A DNA stretch of 11,201 nt from contig WAKA01000212.1 in assembly GCA_015523565.1 (NCBI GenBank), positions 1-11,201 of the forward strand, in the 5' to 3' direction. Position numbers and translations under genes: made by a program. The DNA is from Candidatus Heimdallarchaeota archaeon. GTDB lineage: Archaea; Asgardarchaeota; Heimdallarchaeia; Heimdallarchaeales; Kariarchaeaceae. Below the pieces are notes generated by a model. That model was not told the DNA's origin. It was given only the letters and a program-made list of their open reading frames with translations, and made no database searches. Below are positions 1-7,932 of this stretch, piece by piece; positions within the stretch are counted from its first letter, which is position 1; each line of letters begins with the position of its first letter.

Positions 1-1017
1 CATTTCACCAAGAAACTGGAGCAGGTGCCACCTACGGGCAAAAGGATAGCGGTCATTGGAGCAGGTCCCGCAGGATTGACTGTGGCACATGACCTTGCCT
101 TGAAAGGGCATTCAATCACAGTGTTTGAGAAATACCATGTCTTGGGTGGTATGCTTGCAGTTGGTATTCCAGAATACAGGCTCAAGAACGAACTTCTTGA
201 AAAGGAAATCCTGAGGCTTGAAGAAATTGGTGTGGAATTCAAGATGGGCGTCAAGTTTGGTGAAGACATAACCGTGGACGACCTTTTCCAACAGGGATAT
301 GACGCCATTTTCATTGGACATGGTGCCCATAAACCAAAATTCATGAAAATTCCAGGGGAAGATCTGGACGGTGTCATGCATGCCATTGACTTTTTGAGGA
401 ATGTGGCATTGGGAAGAAGGGAGGGTCTTATCGGAAAGAAAGTCGTTGTTGTCGGAGGTGGGGATGTTGCAATTGACGCAGTCCGTGTCTCTTGGAGATT
501 GGGTGCAGATGCAAGGATCATCTACCGCAGGACAAGAGCAGAAATGCCGGCAACAAAGGAAGAGGTCGAGGCGACCTTGGAAGAGGGAATTGAGATACAG
601 TTCCTTACAAACCCTGTCCGCATCATTGGTGAAAACGGAAAGGTGACTGGTGTGGAAGTTGTAAAGATGGAGTTGGGAGAACCTGATGAATCTGGTAGAA
701 GAAGACCAGTCCCCATAGAAGGGTCAGAATACATCATTGAATGCGATACCGTGATCGAGGCAATCTCCCAAGAACCAGAATATGACTATATGGAAAAACA
801 GCAACTTGAACTCACCAGATGGCATACATTGGAAGTAGACCCTGAAACATACATGACAAATGTCCCAGGGGTATTTGCGGCAGGAGACAATGTAAGTGGA
901 CCAAAAACCGCAATCGAGGCCATTGCCGCCGCAAAGAAGGCCGCCGAAAATATCGACAGGTTTGTATCACCTGATGACACTACAGAAAACGATGAAATTG
1001 AAGTGCCTGTCTCGTAA
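1..1017 (+). CDS. FAD/NAD(P)-dependent oxidoreductase of the GltD/SudA/NfnB (glutamate synthase small-subunit-like) family, 5'-partial
   Basis: The frame is open from base 1 (HFTKKLEQVPPTGK...), so GTG at 25 is probably not the real start. Motifs: FAD Rossmann IAVIGAGPAGL, GGML-x-GIPEYRL, NAD(P)H-binding VVVVGGGDVAID, YRRTRAEMPA, GEPDESGRRRPVP and TNVPGVFAAGD. The N-terminal Fe-S domain is outside the window. Stop is TAA at 1015-1017. Confidence 0.93.
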   Translation, partial: HFTKKLEQVPPTGKRIAVIGAGPAGLTVAHDLALKGHSITVFEKYHVLGGMLAVGIPEYRLKNELLEKEILRLEEIGVEFKMGVKFGEDITVDDLFQQGYDAIFIGHGAHKPKFMKIPGEDLDGVMHAIDFLRNVALGRREGLIGKKVVVVGGGDVAIDAVRVSWRLGADARIIYRRTRAEMPATKEEVEATLEEGIEIQFLTNPVRIIGENGKVTGVEVVKMELGEPDESGRRRPVPIEGSEYIIECDTVIEAISQEPEYDYMEKQQLELTRWHTLEVDPETYMTNVPGVFAAGDNVSGPKTAIEAIAAAKKAAENIDRFVSPDDTTENDEIEVPVS

Positions 1018-1037
1018 ATAAGGGAATCCCACGACTA

Positions 1038-1070
1038 TGGAGAAATATAAATTGAACAATAAATTCTCCA
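1038..1070. terminator. Possible hairpin/terminator between convergent genes
   Basis: TGGAGAA (1038-1044) and TTCTCCA (1064-1070) form an inverted repeat enclosing ATTG-AA-CAAT (1051-1060). The A-runs that follow are oligo-T tracts on the thrA strand. Confidence 0.3.
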
Positions 1071-1102
1071 GAACAATAGGATAAAATAACAAAAAGAAGG
1101 GT

Positions 1103-1142
1103 ATAAAACTAATACAGACAAAAATAAAACCAATACAGACAA
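1103..1142. repeat. Two-copy tandem repeat with a 21-bp period
   Basis: ATAAAACTAATACAGACAA (1103-1121) and ATAAAACCAATACAGACAA (1124-1142) are 18/19 identical. Confidence 0.8.
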
Positions 1143-1205
1143 CTACAAAGTTTGCAAATATTGTCCAGAAAATAGCAATGGGCTGTGCAACTATTCAATT
1201 ATCCA

Positions 1206-3722
1206 TCAGGTGCTTCCAAGTCGTTCGGCGAGCCGTAACAGGTCCGCAAAGACACCTGCGGCAGTAACCTCGGCACCCGCCCCAGGACCGCGGATAATCA
1301 GCGGATAGGTATTGTACCGCAAGGTATGGAAGATCACAATGTTTTCACTTCCTTGAAGGTTGGAGAATGGATGGGGCTGTGGATAGGTTTGAAGTCGGAT
1401 GCTGCATTTCCCATCATGGATCAAGCCCACATATCTCAAAACCTGCCCATGTTCTTTTGCTTGACGGGTCTTTTCTGCAAATATCCCATCAAGGGAATTG
1501 ACCTGTGCCATGAATTCCTCTACGGATCCTTCCAATAACGGTTCAGGAACCAACGGTTCAATGGACACGTCAGAAAGGGAGACGTCCAAGCCCATTTCCC
1601 GCGACAGGATCACCAATTTTCTGGCGAAGTCCATCCCCGAAAGGTCATCACGAGGATCGGGCTCTGTATAGCCCTTTTCCTTGGCATCCTTCAACACATC
1701 AGAGAATGAACGTCCCATGTCCAATTCATTGAAGATATATGAGATTGTGCCTGAAAAGATCCCCTCAATTGTCAAAATCTGATCCCCTGTCATTATCAGG
1801 TCATGCAATGTCGAGATGATGGGGAGACCTGCCCCGACGGTTGTTTCATAAAGATAGAAGGTGTTTTTCTCCAGAGGGTTGGTTGATGGTCCCTTATGGA
1901 TAAATGCCTCCAATTGACGGTAGGTTTCTCCCGAATTTGCCTTTTTGTTGGGGGTGATGATATGGATGCCCTGTGAAAGCCATTGCGGATATTTGGCGGC
2001 GACATCTTCAGATGCGGTGCAATCAATTATAACAGAATGCGGGAAAACCTCACTTCCCACATGACGTTCCAACTTATCAAGATCCAAAGGCTCTCCTGAC
2101 TCCAGCAACGAAGACCATTCTGAGAGATCAAGACCATCCCCAATTACCATCCGTTTGGAATTGGCAATGGCATTGATACGAACATCCAGATTCCAATTCT
2201 CTCGAAGTGACTGAACCTGTTCCCTTAATTGCTTCAGGAATGCAGAACCAATCAACCCCACACCGATTAACCCAACAGAAAGGGTAAGCTTGGAAAGGTA
2301 AAATGCAGAATGAACTGCACGAAGACCACGTGTCAAATCATCCTGTGCCAGAACCACGGAAATATTCCGTTCAGAACTTCCCTGAGAGATCATACGGACA
2401 TTGATGCGACCCCTGGCAAGAGCTGTGAAAAGTATCGAGGCAATACCTGGCTGACGAACCATGCCATCCCCCACAACTGAAAGTATACCTCCATTGGTCT
2501 CCACCCGGACCTCATTGACATGACCCTCAAGAATCTCCATGGAAAATGCACTCTGAACCGCTCTTCGACCCTTTTCTGCATCGGAATTACGGATTGCCGC
2601 ACAAATGGAATATTCAGAACTTGCCTGTGAAATCATGATCACTGAAACACCTGCATCACTCAACGCCCCAAACATCTTTTCTGCAATGCCAGGCACTCCA
2701 ATCATGCCTGTACCCTCCAACGTGATCACGGCAATGTCCTCTATAACTGCAAACCCCTTGACAAAACGGGTGTCTGGTAAAGAGGCATGATATATGCGTG
2801 TACCCGGGAAATCTGGCTCAAACGTGCATTTTACCCATAAGGGAAGACCATGCTCCATCACGGGGAAAATGGTGCCGGGATGCAGAACTTTTGCACCGAA
2901 ATATGCCAATTCCAATGCCTCCAGATATGAAAGCTCATCAATTACGACTGCATTCGGAACACGACGGGGGTCTGCGCTGTAAACACCTTTTACATCAGTC
3001 CAGATATAAACCCCCTCTGCATCAAGCAGAATTCCCATAATCGCGGCAGAAAGGTCACTGCCGTTTCGTTTCAAGGTTGTGGGCAGACCATTGCCTGTAC
3101 GGGCAATGAAACCTGTGACCACCAAGTCACCGTTCCCCATCTGAGACTGGAGCAATTCCTTGGACATTTGCCAATGAACAGCAGGCCCTGTGGGGAGATT
3201 GTCTACGACTATGAATTCACGGGCGTTCAGCCATTGCACATCATGACCTAGAGATTTAAGGAACATTGCAACCATTTGACTGCTCCATAATTCCCCATAA
3301 CCAACAATCAAGCTATAGACTTCTGGACTGCATGACTTGGAAAGCCAAACTGATCGAAGCAAATTTTGAAGATCCGCAATATCCTGAAGCAGGGTCTCTT
3401 GGAAATCCGCAAGGCTATCCCCATCCAATTGAGACATGACCTCCAAATGCCTTGACTTGAGGTCTTCAAGCAATGGCTCATAATCTTCCTGCCTCTTAGC
3501 CAATTCAATTGCCTCAACCAATGTGTCAGTAACTCCTTGCATAGCTGAAAGGACTAGAGATATCTGTGTTTCCCTTCCCTTTCGACTCTCATAGATCGAA
3601 ACGACTTTCCGGATACATCCTGCATCCGCAAGACTACTGCCCCCAAACTTGTGAACCGCCCATCTTCCAGAAACGGAAGCATCCTCGGATGAATAGGGTT
3701 GTACCGCATCCATTTGACGCAT
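1206..3722 (-). CDS. thrA: Bifunctional aspartate kinase / homoserine dehydrogenase I
   Basis: 838 aa. Aspartate kinase motifs HKFGGSS, TTLKRNGSDLSA and IWTDVKGVYSADPR. Two ACT domains (GMIGVPGIA...ISQASSEYSI and VGDGM...PGIA...ISQGSSERNIS). Homoserine dehydrogenase motifs GLIGVGLIG, TPNKKANS, YETTVGAGLP, GYTEPDPRDDLSG and GPGAGAEVTAAGVFADL. The start could instead be ATG at 3713. Confidence 0.96.
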   Translation of the reverse strand: MRQMDAVQPYSSEDASVSGRWAVHKFGGSSLADAGCIRKVVSIYESRKGRETQISLVLSAMQGVTDTLVEAIELAKRQEDYEPLLEDLKSRHLEVMSQLDGDSLADFQETLLQDIADLQNLLRSVWLSKSCSPEVYSLIVGYGELWSSQMVAMFLKSLGHDVQWLNAREFIVVDNLPTGPAVHWQMSKELLQSQMGNGDLVVTGFIARTGNGLPTTLKRNGSDLSAAIMGILLDAEGVYIWTDVKGVYSADPRRVPNAVVIDELSYLEALELAYFGAKVLHPGTIFPVMEHGLPLWVKCTFEPDFPGTRIYHASLPDTRFVKGFAVIEDIAVITLEGTGMIGVPGIAEKMFGALSDAGVSVIMISQASSEYSICAAIRNSDAEKGRRAVQSAFSMEILEGHVNEVRVETNGGILSVVGDGMVRQPGIASILFTALARGRINVRMISQGSSERNISVVLAQDDLTRGLRAVHSAFYLSKLTLSVGLIGVGLIGSAFLKQLREQVQSLRENWNLDVRINAIANSKRMVIGDGLDLSEWSSLLESGEPLDLDKLERHVGSEVFPHSVIIDCTASEDVAAKYPQWLSQGIHIITPNKKANSGETYRQLEAFIHKGPSTNPLEKNTFYLYETTVGAGLPIISTLHDLIMTGDQILTIEGIFSGTISYIFNELDMGRSFSDVLKDAKEKGYTEPDPRDDLSGMDFARKLVILSREMGLDVSLSDVSIEPLVPEPLLEGSVEEFMAQVNSLDGIFAEKTRQAKEHGQVLRYVGLIHDGKCSIRLQTYPQPHPFSNLQGSENIVIFHTLRYNTYPLIIRGPGAGAEVTAAGVFADLLRLAERLGST

Positions 3723-3935
3723 CTCTAAATGTAAACAATTTAAGAATTCTGTCGGTTTGCAAGAAAAGAGAAGGAAGAACCCAAAAAACCATGAAGCTAA
3801 AATGGCAATGCCTCATGAGGTTAATCCAAGATACAATTGACCTTAATGACAAAAGAATAAAAACCAAGCCAAATGCACAAGACCACAAAAACAAATCAAG
3901 AAAAAAAGAGACAAAAATTAAAGTTTCATCCGAGT

Positions 3936-3955
3936 GAAAAAAGAATTAAATATAA
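3936..3955 (+). promoter_or_regulatory. Putative archaeal BRE/TATA promoter, implying a leaderless transcript
   Basis: Purine-rich GAAAAAAGAA followed by TTAAATATAA (3946-3955), centred about 25 nt upstream of ATG 3974. No Shine-Dalgarno sequence is evident. Confidence 0.4.
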
Positions 3956-3973
3956 CCTATTGCAAAAATATTT

Positions 3974-5079
3974 ATGATTTCACCCACCCTGCCAATTTTA
4001 ACTCTAATAATATTAACCGTTGATTTTCTCGTCAACGCATTCTATCTGAAAAAGGCAATTGACATGTACAAAAAAGAAAAGGCAAGTGTAGGGGGTCTAT
4101 TCATTGCCTTTTTCACCATTAGGATCATGATCATCATTTTCCAAGCTTGGGGGATTGTGCAATATCCTGAAAGGGAGATGTTAAGCGACACAGTGGCATT
4201 AGGGGCAATTTTTACGGGATATCTCGGCATAATGATATTGGAAACCTATCGAGATATAAACTATGACGGGAGAAGACTGGCAGTAGGTGGTGTGTTGGCG
4301 ACTCTTACATCTACATTCATTTTTTTGGCAAGGTCTGAAAAAATTGGTTCAGCATTGAAGGAAGCATTCCCCTATTTCATCCAAGCAAGCGTTCCGCTTT
4401 TCTTCTTGTTTGTCGGCGGAAATGTCTACCAATTGACAAGGGACATGCTCTCATACGCTACCCTGAACAAAGACCCGCGCTCGAAAAAATCCGTCTTTTT
4501 TTCATGCTTAACTTCTTGGGAGTCCCACCATATGTCATGGTCAACCTGATCAGGACAACAACAATTGACAACCCATTGCCTGAATTAAATGATTCAAATT
4601 TCATCGTGTTCTCAATAGTCCCAAACCTTTTCTATCTGGCAACCGACGTGTTATGGTACCTCGGTTTCATTAGATACGGAACATTCTCGTTTTTGCAGAT
4701 TCAGAAAGTGGATTGGGTCGTCTTGGCAAATAAGAATGGAACTGCAATCTATGAGTACACCCCACTCCAAAGTGAAAGGTTCTAGGAAAACCTATTGTCA
4801 GGGGCGTTGTTCGCAATCAACGCCGTACTCAAAGAAACCGCAAACATCACTGGTGAATTGCGGATGATACAGATCGGCGACTACAGCATCATCATCAGGA
4901 ATGCAAACGGACTGTCCGCCATCATCTTCACCAAGCAACCGACAAAATATCTGGACCAAGCCGCGGCCATCATTCTCCAAAAGATCACATTTGCAATTGA
5001 CCCTGAGGAAATTGTTGTGGATGTTGCACCAATTGAGCAGATTATCAAGACCACCCTTTATGGAATGGGATCAAATTAA
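3974..5079 (+). pseudogene. 7TM membrane protein with a C-terminal longin/roadblock-like domain (~368 aa reconstructed), disrupted by a 1-nt frameshift (~4461-4464) and an in-frame TAG (4783-4785)
   Basis: ORFs 3974-4549, 4504-4785 and 4795-5079 join into one protein. Adding one C to the CCC at 4461-4463 gives YATPEQRPALEKIRLFF, in exact register with YATERQKASLMKIRSFF in the paralog at 9946-10521. The last two ORFs share a frame across SERF*ENLLSGALFAINAVLKE. There are seven hydrophobic segments, then a beta-beta-alpha-beta-beta-beta-alpha-like soluble domain (fold inferred). Confidence 0.75.
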
Positions 5080-5106
5080 AGCCCAAGGAAATCCCCATGT
5101 GATGGG

Positions 5107-5190
5107 TGCACAACCATCAAGATCATCTGTGGATCGATCGTAATGCGAAATCACTTCAAAACAAAATCCAAATCAGCCACGCCAAAACAA
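5107..5190. repeat. Direct repeat, left copy flanking the vapBC island
   Basis: 5107-5171 matches 6062-6126 at 61/65 nt, and 5152-5190 matches 6158-6196 at 33/39 nt. Confidence 0.92.
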
Positions 5191-5258
5191 AGACCTGTGT
5201 TCGAAAAAATACTTCTCTTCTTTATGCTCAACTTCTTAGAAGTCCCACCATATATTAT
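5186..5258 (+). pseudogene. 73-bp relic of another 7TM-family paralog (TM5-TM6 region)
   Basis: Ungapped match to 4466-4538 (offset 720), 60/73 identical. It translates to QRPVFEKILLFFMLNFLEVPPYI versus QRPALEKIRLFFMLNFLGVPPYV, with many synonymous differences. Confidence 0.85.
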
Positions 5259-5304
5259 ACATAATCAATAATAATTAATGTCTTCTTAAATTTATTTTTG
5301 TATA

Positions 5305-5712
5305 TTAAATTATATTTACTTCAGAAACTCTCTCAAAATGAGATGTATTTAATGTATAAAAAGAATTAATCCCATTACTCAAACCAATTCCAATTATCAT
5401 ACCATCCCTAAAATCAATTAAGGTTCCCTCAAGTTTTAGTTTCCCCATGATCTCTGCTGTTTTATATGCTGCTTTTCTATCAAAATCCAGTATGGAAAAC
5501 TTAGATAGAAGATCAGAAATTGCTTTTAGCCTTGAAACTTTTTTATTTTCTTTATTAATATAATATTTGTTACTGGTTATCCCATAAAATAATTCCATTA
5601 CTGATATTTGTGTGGTGAATAACGGACTGTCTTGTAAATCATTTAATTTGGAAATCACCTCGCCATTTTTTCTAAGTAGTCCAACAATTACGGATGTGTC
5701 CAGTAAAATCAA
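5305..5712 (-). CDS. vapC: PIN-domain toxin, type II TA system VapC family
   Basis: 135 aa with ILLDTSVIV, TTQISVMELFYG, LIDFRDGMI and YTLNTSHFERV, the PIN acidic-residue pattern. The TTG start overlaps the antitoxin TGA stop (TTGA). Confidence 0.93.
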   Translation of the reverse strand: MILLDTSVIVGLLRKNGEVISKLNDLQDSPLFTTQISVMELFYGITSNKYYINKENKKVSRLKAISDLLSKFSILDFDRKAAYKTAEIMGKLKLEGTLIDFRDGMIIGIGLSNGINSFYTLNTSHFERVSEVNII

Positions 5713-5951
5713 GATATGTTTAGCTCATTCATAGTGTATTCCATACTTTTCAATGAAGCTTGGAATTCTTGATATTCTTCAGCATCCATATCTGACCAAA
5801 GGGTTTTATCATTTATCCAATTAATTAGATGAGATGCCAACTTCTCATTACAAATTCTTTTGATAGTATCACCAAAACTTTCACCAGGTAATTTTAATTT
5901 GATAAGTAAATTATATACTTCATTTGTTATTGATATTGTTTTTGATGTCAT
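5709..5951 (-). CDS. vapB: Antitoxin, archaeal VapB family (RHH-like, DUF217/COG1753 type)
   Basis: MTSKTISITNEVYNLLIKLKLPGESFGDTIKRI fits the KTI-x-I-xx-E-x-Y-xx-L-xxx-K-xx-GESF-x-D-x-I-x-R signature. It has an acidic C-terminus and lies directly upstream of, and coupled to, vapC. Start is ATG 5951 or GTG 5954. Confidence 0.9.
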   Translation of the reverse strand: MTSKTISITNEVYNLLIKLKLPGESFGDTIKRICNEKLASHLINWINDKTLWSDMDAEEYQEFQASLKSMEYTMNELNIS

Positions 5952-5964
5952 CACATATATTTAT

Positions 5965-6001
5965 GTATACGGTGTATTTGAGTATTACTGATACACAGTA
6001 T
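5965..6001 (-). promoter_or_regulatory. Possible vapBC autoregulatory operator
   Basis: Palindrome GTATAC (5965-5970), inverted repeat TACTG-N5-CAGTA (5986-6000) and recurring GTAT boxes just upstream of the RHH-type antitoxin. Confidence 0.3.
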
Positions 6002-6061
6002 TGGGAAATATCTGGATAAGACAAGCTAAACGTAGACAATCAATTTTTTGCCATGGGCTTT

Positions 6062-6196
6062 TGCACAATCATCAAAATCATCTGTGGATCGATCGTAATG
6101 CAAAATCACTCCAAAACAAAATCCAAGGCAATTTCTGAAGCAGTCACTCTAAACACCCACTCCAAAGCAAAATCCAAATCAACCATACCAAGACAA
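6062..6196. repeat. Direct repeat, right and longer copy, with an internal 20-bp sub-repeat
   Basis: Matches 5107-5190 in two blocks. CACTCCAAA(A/G)CAAAATCCAA occurs at 6107-6126 and 6158-6177. Confidence 0.92.
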
Positions 6197-6385
6197 TTCA
6201 ACCAAACCCCTTGAAAATCCATGACAATTATTGCATAGGAATCATTTCAGAAACCGCGGGTATCACATGTCCTTTCATTTTGTGGGCGGAAGATCTAACT
6301 GTTCAAATCTACTAAAAAATGGACGGTGATAACATCCTCTTGGATATTATGATAATCCCATAAGCTCATCAAATTATACCTATAG

Positions 6386-7768
6386 CTAACTGAGTTTTAC
6401 TGCGGAAAGCATTTGGAAATAACGTTTCAGAACCTCTTTTGCACCCACAAGATTCTTCACCCGTATCCGCTCGTTTTGTGAATGTGCCCCATCACTGTTC
6501 TGCCCCACACCTATCGCAATGGCAGACGCACCAAACAGCTTTTCCATGAAAGGAATGATGGGGATTGATCCACCAGAACGTGTAAGAGTGGGTTCCACGC
6601 CCCAATAGTCACGCAGTATCCCCCTTGCCTTTTCATAAAGCACATGTGACGGATCACCGTACCACCAGTCTCCAGTCGCCATTGTGTGAACAGTCAACCT
6701 GTTGGGCGACTTAAGATCTTTAAATAGCTTTTCGACATAGTCTGTAAACAGCTCTGCAATTTTTTTTGGGTCTTGGTTGGGAACCAACCTCATTGAAACT
6801 TTTCCGATCACTTTTGCAGGAATGACTGTCTTACCACCCTTTTCAGAAAAGGCCCCCTCTATACCATGGATAGACAAGGAAGGGTTCCGCCAATTGTCCA
6901 TCAGCAATTGCTTAGGATCATCCGTCAACAGGGCATTCAACCCATTGGATTGCTTGAACTGCTCCAAATCAAAAGAAATATTGTCGTACAATGCCTTCTC
7001 TTCAGGGGTCAACGGAGCAACATCATCATAAAAACCAGGAACAGTCACACGGTTATGCCCATCAACCAAACGTGACAATATCTTCACCAGATCATCCATG
7101 GGCTCTGGAATGATGCCACCACCCAAGCCGCTATGGACATCCTTAACAGGTCCCTGAATCTCAATGCCCATATAGGCAAGCCCACGGAACCCATAGTCCA
7201 GACCAGGGGCATCATCCGTAAACCAAGACGTGTCAAGGATAAGGATGCCGTCAATCTTGCCCAACCATTCATGATGCTTCCGCAATGTCTCCTCAAACCC
7301 ATTCGATCCCGATTCCTCCTCCCCTTCATATATGAAACGGAAATTGACTGGCAATGATCCCTCTTGAACCAATTCCTCAACAGCACACAAGGTGGCCGCT
7401 ATTGGACCCTTGTCATCATTGGTTCCTCGACCATAAATATAGGATTCCCCATTGATATCCCGTTCAAGGGGCTCAAACGGCTCTGTGTCCCAGCCATCCT
7501 CCAATAGGGCAGGCTGGACATCATAATGGGAATAGAGTGCCAATGTGTTCTTGTCAGGATCATCACCAAGTCTTGCCAATAGCATGGGATTATACCTGCG
7601 AACCCCATCCGTTTTCTCATTGTCAACTATATTCACTTCCGCACCCAACTGAACCAACCGGTCTCGGATAAATTCGACTGTCCTTTGTGAATCTCCTGCA
7701 CGGCTTGGATCCGCACTGACAGAAGGCATGCGGACAAGTTCCTTCAATAAAGCAACAGGATCTACCAT
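6386..7768 (-). CDS. M20 family metallo-dipeptidase, CNDP2/Dug1 (Cys-Gly dipeptidase)-like
   Basis: 460 aa with metal and catalytic motifs LYSHYDVQP, GRGTNDDKGP, EGEEESGS, DVHSG, RSGGSIP and DGAHSQNE. The dimerisation-domain segment is WRNPSLSIHGIEGAFS...KTVIPAKVIGKVSMRLVPNQDP. Confidence 0.92.
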   Translation of the reverse strand: MVDPVALLKELVRMPSVSADPSRAGDSQRTVEFIRDRLVQLGAEVNIVDNEKTDGVRRYNPMLLARLGDDPDKNTLALYSHYDVQPALLEDGWDTEPFEPLERDINGESYIYGRGTNDDKGPIAATLCAVEELVQEGSLPVNFRFIYEGEEESGSNGFEETLRKHHEWLGKIDGILILDTSWFTDDAPGLDYGFRGLAYMGIEIQGPVKDVHSGLGGGIIPEPMDDLVKILSRLVDGHNRVTVPGFYDDVAPLTPEEKALYDNISFDLEQFKQSNGLNALLTDDPKQLLMDNWRNPSLSIHGIEGAFSEKGGKTVIPAKVIGKVSMRLVPNQDPKKIAELFTDYVEKLFKDLKSPNRLTVHTMATGDWWYGDPSHVLYEKARGILRDYWGVEPTLTRSGGSIPIIPFMEKLFGASAIAIGVGQNSDGAHSQNERIRVKNLVGAKEVLKRYFQMLSAVKLS

Positions 7769-7932
7769 AAACCAGCCACAGAATAACGATTAGAAAAAAT
7801 AAGGGAAGAAAAATGAACAATATGCAAAAAGACCGTTAAATCCAATGCAATTTTCCATATTTATCCAAAATTACATTCAACAATCCTGATCTGTTCAGGA
7901 AAAATAAAAAGCCAAAACCTCCTATACAACCC

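Noticed and set aside
25-27. GTG at 25 as the start of the oxidoreductase
   Set aside because: The frame is open to the window edge, and this family normally has an N-terminal Fe-S domain before the first Rossmann motif.
3566-3937. ORFs 3566-3937 (+) and 3634-3894 (-), or a thr attenuator leader
   Set aside because: Both ORFs overlap thrA and run through low-complexity A-rich intergenic DNA. There is no Thr/Ile codon run or attenuator hairpin.
5109-5171. The direct repeat as a conserved small peptide (HNHQ[D/N]HLWIDRNAKSLQNKIQ; 3 of 4 differences synonymous)
   Set aside because: Four substitutions are too few to be informative. The starts and ends of the frame are not conserved between copies, and the left copy has TGA at 5100-5102.
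4466-5258. 4466-4538 and 5186-5258 as a DGR variable-repeat/template-repeat pair
   Set aside because: The 13 mismatches are not adenine-specific on either strand and many are synonymous. No reverse transcriptase is in the window. Paralog divergence fits better.
5107-6196. The repeats as a CRISPR array or as IS terminal inverted repeats
   Set aside because: There are only two long copies about 955 bp apart in direct orientation, with no regular spacers, cas genes or transposase.
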